Virus record (IMG/VR): IMGVR_UViG_3300017766_001679
Location: 1-37,270 of that record
Strand: one strand, 5' to 3'
From: a virus
Lineage: Duplodnaviria > Caudoviricetes
DNA length: 37,270 bases
The translations under genes and the position numbers were made by a program. The notes beneath the pieces are model-generated. The model searched no databases and had not been told where the DNA came from. It worked only from the letters and a program-made list of their open reading frames with translations. This document shows, piece after piece, positions 17,578-25,624 of this stretch. Numbering within the stretch: the stretch's first letter is position 1; each line of letters opens with the position of its first letter.

Positions 17578-19375
17578 AGTTTTCTCCGTATCCAACTTCA
17601 CAATTCAAGGGTAAGTCTTTGCACCAACTGGGTCGCCATCTCATACATTCTTCCACGTATTTTACCGCTTCTTCGCGCTCGTCCACGGGGGCTAAACACG
17701 CCACAGCGTCATGGACTGTCAAGACCACTTTGTACTTATTGCCGATTTTTAGCATCTGCTCCGCTATGATGCACCGTGCCACGGCTTGACATACGTTCTC
17801 AATGATCTTGCCGCCGTAGATTTTGGTGAATCCAGCCCTAGTCTTATAGGCATATTGATCTTCTGAATCCTTGGATAACTCGGGGTATCGTAGATACAGC
17901 CCGGACGGTAGGCGAATTCCGGCACGTCCCTCGACACCAACCACATCGGGGTATTTACCAATAGGGGCGGCGCGATCCGCGAGAACCGCCTCAAGGGCGT
18001 TGTGGGCTTGCTTCCATAGGGTAGGGATCGCAGGGTAGGTTTCTCGGTAGACTTTAATGATTCGCTTTGACTCGTCCTCGTCAACCTCAACCCCAAACAC
18101 CTTAAGTTGAGCCTGAAACTTAACCGCGCCCATTCCATATCCCGCGCCAAGGATTGTTGTCTTACCAACGAATCTTTCTTCCTTTGTAATTTCTTCGATA
18201 GGTTTGACATAAATAGCCGACGCCATGATTTTGTATACATCTTCGCCCTTCTCAAATGCCTCCACCAAGTCGGTCTGCCCTGCCAACCATGCCACGGTAC
18301 GGGCTTCGATCTGTGATGAGTCCGCATCAATTAACACATAGCCATCCGGAGCGCAGATAGAAGTTTTTAATTTGCCTGCGTTCTGACCACGAGCCGGTAA
18401 ATTTTGCAGGTTTACCTTATCATCTCCACCCCACCTACCCGTATGGGCGGCATAGTATTTGATGGGTACTGGGAGTTTGCCCCTTTGGGAGATACCGATA
18501 AATCTTTGGGTACGTGTTTCCTCTAAAGTTGTTTTGTTACCAAGCCTCGCCGCTACCAACGTCTGCACCCGTACATCAGCGTGGTTCTGTAATCCCTTAA
18601 ATTCTTCGTCTGTCTTTGCAAACGCCCATGCTTCCTTGCCCGTGCGTGCGCTGATCTTGGTAGGTGGGTCAACCCCTAGTTGCCTAAGCAGTTCGGCAAA
18701 CTTGTCGTTCGACATCAGCGTGTCCTTGTCTGCCTCTGCCGCCTCCAATAGTTTCTCCTTGCGGGTCTTGACATCTAACAGGTGTTGCTCAAGTAGGGGG
18801 AGATCCAATTCCAGCGTAGGCTCGATAAACATCCGCAAAGTGCAGTCGATTACCTTAAGTTCCTTGGGTGGGAATTTCTCGGCTAGGATCTTAAACAACG
18901 CATAGGTTAACTCCACATCGTTCTTACAATACTCCCCGTACCGCTCAAGATCCTCGGGGGTGAAGTCCGCACGGTGCTTACCCATAGCGTTCATTACTTC
19001 CGTACCCTTTTCCCCCAGTTCGTAATGCTTCGCCAAATTCGCAAGAGACGCGCTTGTATCCACCCCGTTAACAGCACGCGCCATACAAATAGTATCCAAC
19101 CAACCCTTCGGCTTAATCCCAAAATGCCACGAGAGTATTGACCCATCAAACGCGGTGTTGTGCGCGAGTACAAAGGCATTTGCCCAGTCGTACTGGTTAA
19201 GAAATTTCTTAATCTCCCCCTTGGTTCCGGAGCACCACGTCGTTTCGCCTTCATCTACCTTTACCCCCACGCCGATAATCTCAAACCCGTCATGACGCAC
19301 GTACTCCTCTGTCGTCATCTTGGATAATGAAAATTCTTTGTCATAATAAGTTTCTAAATCTAGGCTAATAATCAT
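17564..19375 (-). CDS. polA: DNA polymerase family A with 3'-5' exonuclease
   Basis: Exo motifs DLET, AHNTAFD and YCKND. Pol motif A DSSQIEAR, motif B RFVGKTTILGAGYG, motif C VHDA. No 5'-3' exonuclease domain. Confidence 0.95.
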   Translation of the reverse strand: MIISLDLETYYDKEFSLSKMTTEEYVRHDGFEIIGVGVKVDEGETTWCSGTKGEIKKFLNQYDWANAFVLAHNTAFDGSILSWHFGIKPKGWLDTICMARAVNGVDTSASLANLAKHYELGEKGTEVMNAMGKHRADFTPEDLERYGEYCKNDVELTYALFKILAEKFPPKELKVIDCTLRMFIEPTLELDLPLLEQHLLDVKTRKEKLLEAAEADKDTLMSNDKFAELLRQLGVDPPTKISARTGKEAWAFAKTDEEFKGLQNHADVRVQTLVAARLGNKTTLEETRTQRFIGISQRGKLPVPIKYYAAHTGRWGGDDKVNLQNLPARGQNAGKLKTSICAPDGYVLIDADSSQIEARTVAWLAGQTDLVEAFEKGEDVYKIMASAIYVKPIEEITKEERFVGKTTILGAGYGMGAVKFQAQLKVFGVEVDEDESKRIIKVYRETYPAIPTLWKQAHNALEAVLADRAAPIGKYPDVVGVEGRAGIRLPSGLYLRYPELSKDSEDQYAYKTRAGFTKIYGGKIIENVCQAVARCIIAEQMLKIGNKYKVVLTVHDAVACLAPVDEREEAVKYVEECMRWRPSWCKDLPLNCEVGYGENYGKC

Positions 19376-19769
19376 ATGTCTGTTTCTTGGTTTTTGTGTG
19401 GGTGCTATCCATCAAATTTTTAGTTGCACGAGATAGCGTAGCCATACTAAGTTCTCCCCGCTTAGGGGGGTTCATCATCGCTCTCACATACGGCAGATTC
19501 AACTGCTCCCCTTCTTCGGTTACGTCAGCAAGTCCCCGTAGGATATCCGCAGTAAACTTGTTGCGCTCCATATTACGCAACCCCTCAAACAAAGCGTTTA
19601 TTTCTTCGTCATACAGAAAAGGTACTATGGTTTTGACACCCTCTTTGCGCCCCATAATTTGGTCGATTATATGTTGCCACTTACCAAATGGTGTCTCAAA
19701 TTCTTCGGGGTTTGTTTTCATGCGCTCTAATAGTATTTGCACCCCTTCGTTCATCTCCTCGATCCGCAT
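19365..19769 (-). CDS. Hypothetical protein
   Basis: 134-aa ORF tightly packed in the operon (GVQILLERMKTNPEEF). Confidence 0.65.
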   Translation of the reverse strand: MRIEEMNEGVQILLERMKTNPEEFETPFGKWQHIIDQIMGRKEGVKTIVPFLYDEEINALFEGLRNMERNKFTADILRGLADVTEEGEQLNLPYVRAMMNPPKRGELSMATLSRATKNLMDSTHTKTKKQTYDY

Positions 19770-20071
19770 CAGATCTCTCCCAAATACTTGACTAAATCGT
19801 TGTACTTCGCGGTTGGCTGTAACTTCTTTATACGCAGGTTGGTTTCGTCAGCCACACGGTCGATCAGTCCGTGCTTTACCAACTTCTTGATGCGCGAGTG
19901 GGTCGTAGCGTAAGACGCCGCCTTGAAGTTCCTGATAATACCCATGATGGTGGCTCCCCCATTATCTTTATGGGTGGACACGATGGCGTTTAGCAGTAGC
20001 ACGTCCGTGCTATCTAATTTGTACTTTGACTTTAGCCCCGCAATTGCTACACACAATTTGTCAATTCTCAT
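19769..20071 (-). CDS. MarR-like winged-helix DNA-binding protein
   Basis: SYATTHSRIKKLVKHGLIDRVADETNLRIK fits the MarR recognition helix and wing. Confidence 0.7.
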   Translation of the reverse strand: MRIDKLCVAIAGLKSKYKLDSTDVLLLNAIVSTHKDNGGATIMGIIRNFKAASYATTHSRIKKLVKHGLIDRVADETNLRIKKLQPTAKYNDLVKYLGEI

Positions 20072-20289
20072 TTTTTATTTCTCCTAAGTTTGTAATACAC
20101 ACAACGGTCAGTCCCTCGGTACTTCGGAATTACAAGGTCAGCCGCTACCATCTTGGCAAAATACCGTTGAGCAGTTCGCATACTGCACTCCAGCATATTT
20201 TGAATGTCCCTGATACAGAACGAATACTTCCCCCGCAAGTGCCGGATCAGCCATACTAAATTAGCATCACTCGGCTTTGCCTTCATCAC
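20068..20289 (-). CDS. Small winged-HTH protein
   Basis: IRDIQNMLECSMRTAQRYFAKM. Confidence 0.6.
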   Translation of the reverse strand: MMKAKPSDANLVWLIRHLRGKYSFCIRDIQNMLECSMRTAQRYFAKMVAADLVIPKYRGTDRCVYYKLRRNKK

Positions 20290-20515
20290 TCAACTCAATA
20301 ATTTTGTCTAAGTAATGTCGGGCTTTCTTAACATCTTGTACGCCACCCTTACCCTCGACGCCCTTGGTATTTACCCGTGCAAGGTACGCGATGGCAGAGC
20401 CTAACAGAAACCCACGAAACTGGGCGGGGGTCATCCACGCTTCCATCGCATCCCACGGTTGCACCTTCATGGCTTTATAGTGATCGCCGCCCTCTTGAAT
20501 GTCGTTCGCGCTCAT
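20267..20515 (-). CDS. DUF3310 protein (T7 gp1.7-like nucleotide kinase family)
   Basis: GGDHYK...QPWD...GFLLGSAIAYLAR...KGGVQDVKKARHYL. Confidence 0.8.
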   Translation of the reverse strand: MSANDIQEGGDHYKAMKVQPWDAMEAWMTPAQFRGFLLGSAIAYLARVNTKGVEGKGGVQDVKKARHYLDKIIELSDEGKAE

Positions 20516-20985
20516 TTAATTGTCCTGTATTTTGTTTTCATAACTTCTTCATACGAAAACTTTTTACCTAGCGCCTGAACAACATCTATTTCTTGTTTAG
20601 AGTATTTAACTAACCTACTATTAAACACAAACGCATATTTAGGCAGAGCAATTTTCTTGCGTAGGAAGTCCCGTCCTTTCGGTGTCAAGCGCCACAATCC
20701 TGATGCACGCTTATCTTCTTTCAGGTCTTTGGGTTTCTTTTCAACTAAGTCCCAATGGCGTAGGGTAGCCAAAGGCTTAGACCGCAGAATCATTTTATGC
20801 GCCCTGCCAATATCTATCCACTCGCTTTTACGAAAGTTATTGAGCATCCAAAGCATCCCCATCACCTGTGTGCTTGTTATCTGATACCCATTGATCTTCC
20901 CCCACCGTCCGCAACACGGGCAGTTAGCACCTTTGTCTTTGATTGCGCTGTTAAACTGTTGCCGCGCTTCAACTAATGTTTTCAT
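20512..20985 (-). CDS. Hypothetical protein (CPCC motif, winged-helix-like C-terminus)
   Basis: NCPCCGR; LRHWDLVE...SGLWRLTPKGRDF. Confidence 0.7.
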   Translation of the reverse strand: MKTLVEARQQFNSAIKDKGANCPCCGRWGKINGYQITSTQVMGMLWMLNNFRKSEWIDIGRAHKMILRSKPLATLRHWDLVEKKPKDLKEDKRASGLWRLTPKGRDFLRKKIALPKYAFVFNSRLVKYSKQEIDVVQALGKKFSYEEVMKTKYRTIK

Positions 20986-21197
20986 AGTAACGCTTCTCCT
21001 AATTGTTCAATTTCTTTTTGTTTAGTCTTACGCTCCTGCTTCTTGAACCACTTACTCAAAACCTTAAGTTCTTCCTCAGTCTTAAAAGGCCAAGCCATTC
21101 GCACCGAATCAAGGGGTGGTTCTTCTGCATCAAGATACTGGTGCTCCTTTGGTACTAACTGATTTATTAGAAACCAATCTACTGTAGGCTCATTCAT
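20982..21197 (-). CDS. Hypothetical protein
   Basis: The ATG at 21197 with RBS GGAGG overlaps the stop of the upstream small ORF. Confidence 0.6.
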   Translation of the reverse strand: MNEPTVDWFLINQLVPKEHQYLDAEEPPLDSVRMAWPFKTEEELKVLSKWFKKQERKTKQKEIEQLGEALL

Positions 21198-21339
21198 GTT
21201 TAAAATACCCTCCCTCACGCAGTCCTAGGTCAAGAGACAGCCGCTCGTTCTCATCTTTGACCCTGTGGTATGCCTGTCTCAAATACTCAATTTCTTTCTT
21301 TAACCGCTCAATTTCGGCTTTGTATTCTTCAGGAGTCAT
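21190..21339 (-). CDS. Small coiled-coil protein (49 aa, not in ORF track)
   Basis: MTPEEYKAEIERLKKEIEYLRQAYHRVKDENERLSLDLGLREGGYFKHE. ATGA-coupled to the upstream gene and fills the gap exactly. Confidence 0.6.
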   Translation of the reverse strand: MTPEEYKAEIERLKKEIEYLRQAYHRVKDENERLSLDLGLREGGYFKHE

Positions 21340-21542
21340 TCTTTCACCTTATAAAATTTCTTGGAGCCGATACGCACTATATCGGCGATATTGTTCTCAA
21401 CAAACCTGTTCAATGTTCGGGCTATTTTGTGCTTGCTTACGATCCATTCCTTTGCAATTGTCTTTGCTTGCACGGGGGTTTTTGGATGAGAAAGTAGATA
21501 CCTCCACACCTTCTCTTCAAAGTCGGCCATCTCAACTGCCAT
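21336..21542 (-). CDS. Small winged-HTH protein
   Basis: VWRYL...AKTIAKEWIVSKHKIARTLNRF...IGSKKFY. Confidence 0.65.
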   Translation of the reverse strand: MAVEMADFEEKVWRYLLSHPKTPVQAKTIAKEWIVSKHKIARTLNRFVENNIADIVRIGSKKFYKVKE

Positions 21543-21545
21543 CGT

Positions 21546-21839
21546 CTATCCCCTAATCCCTCTTGCTTCCCATAACACCTGACCCAATCGTTGCAATATC
21601 TCTTCCAATTGTTTTTTGTTTTCGTTGTACAGGCGCTCAGACAAATAGAAAAAGCAGGCGGCCTTCCCGTCATCGAAATCCATGTGTACAGAATCAAGTA
21701 ACTGACTGACCTCATCAAACCTGTATGACACCTCGTCAAGGTCATTGTTTATCTGCCATGCCCCATTAAGAAGTTTGTCTAAGTCCTCTGTCTTAACTAG
21801 GGCCATCGAGGAGGATTTCTTAGCGGCTTTTTTCTTCAT
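21546..21839 (-). CDS. Hypothetical protein
   Basis: 97 aa, strong RBS AAGGAG. Confidence 0.65.
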   Translation of the reverse strand: MKKKAAKKSSSMALVKTEDLDKLLNGAWQINNDLDEVSYRFDEVSQLLDSVHMDFDDGKAACFFYLSERLYNENKKQLEEILQRLGQVLWEARGIRG

Positions 21840-21851
21840 GTGTTCTTCTCC

Positions 21852-22283
21852 TTAACTCTTAAGTTTTAGGCCGTGTTCAGCCAACGCTGCTACAATATTA
21901 TTAAGACATACTCTACCGAGGTTTGGTACTTTCCATAAGTTATGGGTATGCTGATTACACAACTCACCAATCGTCTGTATGTTTTCTGCTCGTAAACAAT
22001 TTAGTGTTCTTACATCTAATTCTAAATGCCCAACCGAATAAGAAAGTAGTTTAGTCTTATTATTCCTTTCGTTTAGCATGGCGTCTGCCATAATATATGC
22101 AGATCTAGCGCATACGTGTTCCGAGTCATTATCAGAATCCCCTACGTAGATTCCATCTGTGTATTGACTATCCAGTATCGTCTGCATTGCTTTCGCCGCA
22201 AAGTAATCTCTCAGGCTCATACCCGGATTGTCTGCGCTTGGAAATGCTGAACCACCATCTTCTACTTCAATAGTAACAATCAT
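21852..22283 (-). CDS. Small phage domain (GMSLRDYFAAKAM) fused to RNA polymerase alpha-subunit C-terminal domain
   Basis: The C-terminus SVGHLELDVRTLNCLRAENIQTIGEL...LWKVPNLGRVCLNNIVAALAEHGLKL aligns by eye with RpoA CTD (PVDDLELTVRSANCLKAE.I..IGDL...[26 protein letters not shown]). Confidence 0.85.
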   Translation of the reverse strand: MIVTIEVEDGGSAFPSADNPGMSLRDYFAAKAMQTILDSQYTDGIYVGDSDNDSEHVCARSAYIMADAMLNERNNKTKLLSYSVGHLELDVRTLNCLRAENIQTIGELCNQHTHNLWKVPNLGRVCLNNIVAALAEHGLKLKS

Positions 22284-22606
22284 AATCTAGTACCTCCACG
22301 ATTAGCACAAGGCCATACTTGGGATAACGCGTTTACCACAAGAGAATCGGCAGAGTAATGTCTTCTCTCAGGGTTAAGTTCTAGGTACTGCTTAACCACA
22401 TCTCGGGCTTGCCCTGCTGTTACATTTTGTGGGGCACATACCTTTACTCTTGCGTACACATCAGCCACTCCCTGTACATATCCAAGTGCAACCATCTTTG
22501 GAATAGATTCGGAATCGTTCATCCTCGACAGCAGACCGTTACCATCTAAAAACTCGGCGCACGCAATACCCGGTATAAGTAGCAAACTTGCTATAGTCTT
22601 TTTCAT
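22280..22606 (-). CDS. Secreted Rap1a/Tai-family immunity-like protein
   Basis: Signal peptide MKKTIASLLLIPGIACA. Rap1a pattern DGNGLL, GYVQGVAD, C.P..VT.GQ..DVV.QYL..NPE.RH..A..LV..AL...WPC. Confidence 0.8.
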   Translation of the reverse strand: MKKTIASLLLIPGIACAEFLDGNGLLSRMNDSESIPKMVALGYVQGVADVYARVKVCAPQNVTAGQARDVVKQYLELNPERRHYSADSLVVNALSQVWPCANRGGTRL

Positions 22607-22938
22607 TTATCACCTCCTAAAAATACCCACGTTGAACCTTTAAGTTCTTGGTTGAGATCGGTTAATAACTTTTCAAAATGCGTAAGTCCGGTTTCGTCAA
22701 CGACCACCCCCACACCCCCCTGCGATGATAGTTCCGACAAATTCTTCATCTGTAGGGCGGTAGGTTTGTTGCCGTTGGCCTTGCACTCGATACCAAGGAA
22801 TATGCCATCAAGGCACGCAATAATATCGGGCACACCGGACGATCCGTAGCCATGCGTGGCAGGCATAAAGTAGTAAGCCTTACGCTCTGCTAGCATGCGC
22901 TTAACCTTGTCCTTTACCTTTTTCTCAGGTGTGGACAT
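22603..22938 (-). CDS. VRR-NUC / Holliday junction resolvase-like nuclease
   Basis: TPEKKVK, GYGSSGVPDII, GIECKA, PTALQ. Confidence 0.85.
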   Translation of the reverse strand: MSTPEKKVKDKVKRMLAERKAYYFMPATHGYGSSGVPDIIACLDGIFLGIECKANGNKPTALQMKNLSELSSQGGVGVVVDETGLTHFEKLLTDLNQELKGSTWVFLGGDK

Positions 22939-22940
22939 GG

Positions 22941-23258
22941 TTATCTCAGATCAAGTTTCTTTTCTAGGTATGCAATCACCGCAAGCGCATCGTAATACTT
23001 CACGCTCAGGTCTTGCAGTTTCTTCTGTAATGCAGTCTCGTAGTCCTCGTTGGCCTCGGGTGGCTCATCGACGGGGTTACTGCGGAGGAAAAACTTATCC
23101 TCGTATTTGGTCATCTGCCCTTCCTTTACCAACTTACTCAGCATGCCATAGACCTGCGTAATGGGCTTCTTGGTTGCTTGGGCTATCTGCTTTGCCGTTG
23201 ACCCGGAGTTTCTAAATACTTCTTTTAGTACGGCGGCTTTTACGGTTATCTTTTTCAT
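22941..23258 (-). CDS. Winged-HTH protein with C-terminal coiled coil
   Basis: STAKQIAQATKKPITQVYGMLSKLVKEG. ATG at 23258 preferred. Confidence 0.65.
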   Translation of the reverse strand: MKKITVKAAVLKEVFRNSGSTAKQIAQATKKPITQVYGMLSKLVKEGQMTKYEDKFFLRSNPVDEPPEANEDYETALQKKLQDLSVKYYDALAVIAYLEKKLDLR

Positions 23259-23550
23259 TTGCACTCTTTCTTGTTTGTTTAAGTTCATGGTACTCGTCAT
23301 ACGAAATGTAAATTATGATGCTCGTTGGGTTTAATTTTCTACCGATAGATTCTCCTATATCTGATTTATTAACATCTGTTAACTTAAGTAACGCCAGCCT
23401 CTCGGATACAAACAGCGGACACTCGGATATGTCAGGCAATGCAAACTTCTCGCTACTTGCGTTGTCGCACGCCACCATCCAATCCACATCACCGTTCTCG
23501 TGCAGATACACGATAACTACAAATCTTTGGTTCATTCTAATCCTCGTCAC
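23212..23550 (-). CDS. Hypothetical protein, apparent paralogue of the C-terminal domain of 23589-24395
   Basis: ISECPLFVSERLALLKL resembles MDSAPKNVQEQVAMLRM. Has its own promoter; start uncertain. Confidence 0.6.
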   Translation of the reverse strand: MTRIRMNQRFVVIVYLHENGDVDWMVACDNASSEKFALPDISECPLFVSERLALLKLTDVNKSDIGESIGRKLNPTSIIIYISYDEYHELKQTRKSANEKDNRKSRRTKRSI

Positions 23551-23556
23551 AACACT

Positions 23557-23585
23557 AAATTATCAAACAGTTTTAAGTCTGTCAA
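23557..23585 (-). promoter_or_regulatory. sigma70-type promoter
   Basis: TTGACA-N17-TAATTT with a TGn extended -10. Confidence 0.65.
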
Positions 23586-23588
23586 GTG

Positions 23589-24395
23589 TTATGAAAAAGT
23601 ATTTTTACCGACCTCGACCCAGTACTGGTTATCGTTGACCTTCATACCAACCTCGGGCACGAACGCTTTGTTGTCCATCATGCGTAACATAGCAACTTGT
23701 TCTTGGACATTCTTGGGTGCGCTGTCCATAGACCCCGAAGTAGCCAGTACGCTACCATCACTCGATAGACTCACCGACCCATCAGGGTTTATCAGTACAT
23801 GCAGGTGCATGACTTCTCGGTTCCTGACCCGCTTCATCTCTTGAAACGCAGGGATGGCGTCGTCCATTAGTTTTGCCAACTTCTCGGTCTGTGGCCGGAA
23901 CCCCATGTCGCGTAGCATGATAAGTTCTTCTACGATATCTTCCAGTTCAATCTTATCTGTGGTGCGCCTGTAATTAGAACGCACCTTATTAAACCACTCG
24001 TGTACGCTGTGCCGGAAGTCCCCCCTCGTCCATTTAGCCACCCGCGTAGCCGCAAACGGTTTCACATGCTCACGCAGAATCCTTAAGATCTTTTTAGGAT
24101 CCCGTGACTGTTTGCTGTGATACTCATCTGTACCTTGGCGGTACTTGTCGTTCTCGATTGTCTCTGCCCGCACAATAAAAACATCACGGCCTTTTGCATC
24201 GGCCTCTATCTGCACCTTTGCAATTAACGCATCGCCTCTATCCCCATCCAAAAACCTACTGTCGTAAAATTTTATGACGGTGGCTAGCGTAGTAACATGT
24301 ATAGGGAACTTGCTCACATGCCCACGCCGTAACTCCACAAGTATGCCCTGCAAATCATCACGCAAACCACTTGTATATTCAGGTAACACTAGCAT
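23589..24395 (-). CDS. Hypothetical protein
   Basis: ATG at 24395 with RBS TAAGGAG. The track's 24494 start overlaps the upstream gene. Confidence 0.7.
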   Translation of the reverse strand: MLVLPEYTSGLRDDLQGILVELRRGHVSKFPIHVTTLATVIKFYDSRFLDGDRGDALIAKVQIEADAKGRDVFIVRAETIENDKYRQGTDEYHSKQSRDPKKILRILREHVKPFAATRVAKWTRGDFRHSVHEWFNKVRSNYRRTTDKIELEDIVEELIMLRDMGFRPQTEKLAKLMDDAIPAFQEMKRVRNREVMHLHVLINPDGSVSLSSDGSVLATSGSMDSAPKNVQEQVAMLRMMDNKAFVPEVGMKVNDNQYWVEVGKNTFS

Positions 24396-24405
24396 CGCAC
24401 TCTCC

Positions 24406-25239
24406 TTAGAACATTGATAAAATCTCATCGACCCGAGCCTTGGTATCCAACCGCAAGGCATCATCCTCACGCAGATCTTTAGGCGTGACCCCAACCAAGG
24501 CAGACTCCAACTTCTTACGGGCGGCTTCCAACTTGGTGTCGTTCGTGACGTTCAACTTAGTCAGCAGGTCACACATATCCACCGCGTTGTTGACCAACGA
24601 ATCACGGAAGATCTGCTTTTCCTCACCCGCCAACTTGCCGCTCATCTTCGATAGACATTCGTGGAGCCGGTCCCAGACGTCCTTAGTGGCTTCTGTTAAC
24701 TTGTTTTGGTAAAACGATTCATATTGAGCCACCAACTCCTCTTTATGTTGCTCGTTTACGTCAATCCGGAAGTCCCCTACATCCGGCACAGGTAGGAACA
24801 CATACCGGAACTTGAACTTGTTGATCAACTGATCGACATCGGGGTACTCCTCGGCATCGAACAGGTCACCCAACTGAAACGCCGCCGCACTAACTAATGT
24901 CGGGTACTCCCGCAAGAACTCCTTGACCGCATCGTTGAACTGCTGTTCGTAGTCAGAGAGCGTAGCCTTGTAGTCAAAGAAGTTTTTCATAGGTAACAGC
25001 CTAGAACCCCCGTCACTCCACGGTAGCGTCTGCTCGTAGTGCCATGTCCGTATCATGCCAACAAGTTTCTGCACCTGCTCCAACTTATCGGTTCCTGCCA
25101 AAAGTTTTTTATGGTAGTTACCCGCCTTGGTCTTGGTACTCTTAGCGGCATCAATCTCCTCGGACACCTTCTTATCTTGCTTGCGACCTGTCCATACGCT
25201 TATGTTCAAGTCGGCTAACATCGAACTGTTCTGAATCAT
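24406..25239 (-). CDS. DUF3150-like helical protein
   Basis: LNISVWTGRKQDK...KKLL...TLPW...RLLP...YP....F.F pattern. ATG at 25239 with RBS AAGGAG. Lies downstream of the AAA and VWA genes. Family call is from memory. Confidence 0.6.
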   Translation of the reverse strand: MIQNSSMLADLNISVWTGRKQDKKVSEEIDAAKSTKTKAGNYHKKLLAGTDKLEQVQKLVGMIRTWHYEQTLPWSDGGSRLLPMKNFFDYKATLSDYEQQFNDAVKEFLREYPTLVSAAAFQLGDLFDAEEYPDVDQLINKFKFRYVFLPVPDVGDFRIDVNEQHKEELVAQYESFYQNKLTEATKDVWDRLHECLSKMSGKLAGEEKQIFRDSLVNNAVDMCDLLTKLNVTNDTKLEAARKKLESALVGVTPKDLREDDALRLDTKARVDEILSMF

Positions 25240-25439
25240 TTGCACTCTCCTTGGTTAAGTAATATGCACATCGCGTGCGCTTCGTCCTCGTTAAAGTCGT
25301 AGTAAATCTTGTCGTAGTGCATCACCCTGTTGTAATGCTCTACTTGCCACACCATAACTTCTTTCAAAGTGTTCCACCCTCCTTGCCAGTTAGTAAGTTT
25401 CTTTCGACCAACCACACACCAATCTTTGATCGCACTCAT
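25236..25439 (-). CDS. Hypothetical protein
   Basis: 67 aa, ATGA-coupled at both ends. Confidence 0.6.
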   Translation of the reverse strand: MSAIKDWCVVGRKKLTNWQGGWNTLKEVMVWQVEHYNRVMHYDKIYYDFNEDEAHAMCILLNQGECK

Positions 25440-25624
25440 TTATTAACACCTGTTAATTTAAGAAACGCTACTGCTTCGTCCTTGGTTAAACCTTTGGTTA
25501 ATATCTCTCCTTTTACAAATCGTTTTAGATTCTTATCCCGCATCACCGACTCCGCTATATATAAAAGTTTTCCGTTTGCACCCTTCACTATTGCGTATGT
25601 AGATTCTTTGGGCGGTGTATTCAT
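25436..25624 (-). CDS. Hypothetical protein
   Basis: 62 aa, ATGA-coupled at both ends. Confidence 0.6.
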   Translation of the reverse strand: MNTPPKESTYAIVKGANGKLLYIAESVMRDKNLKRFVKGEILTKGLTKDEAVAFLKLTGVNK

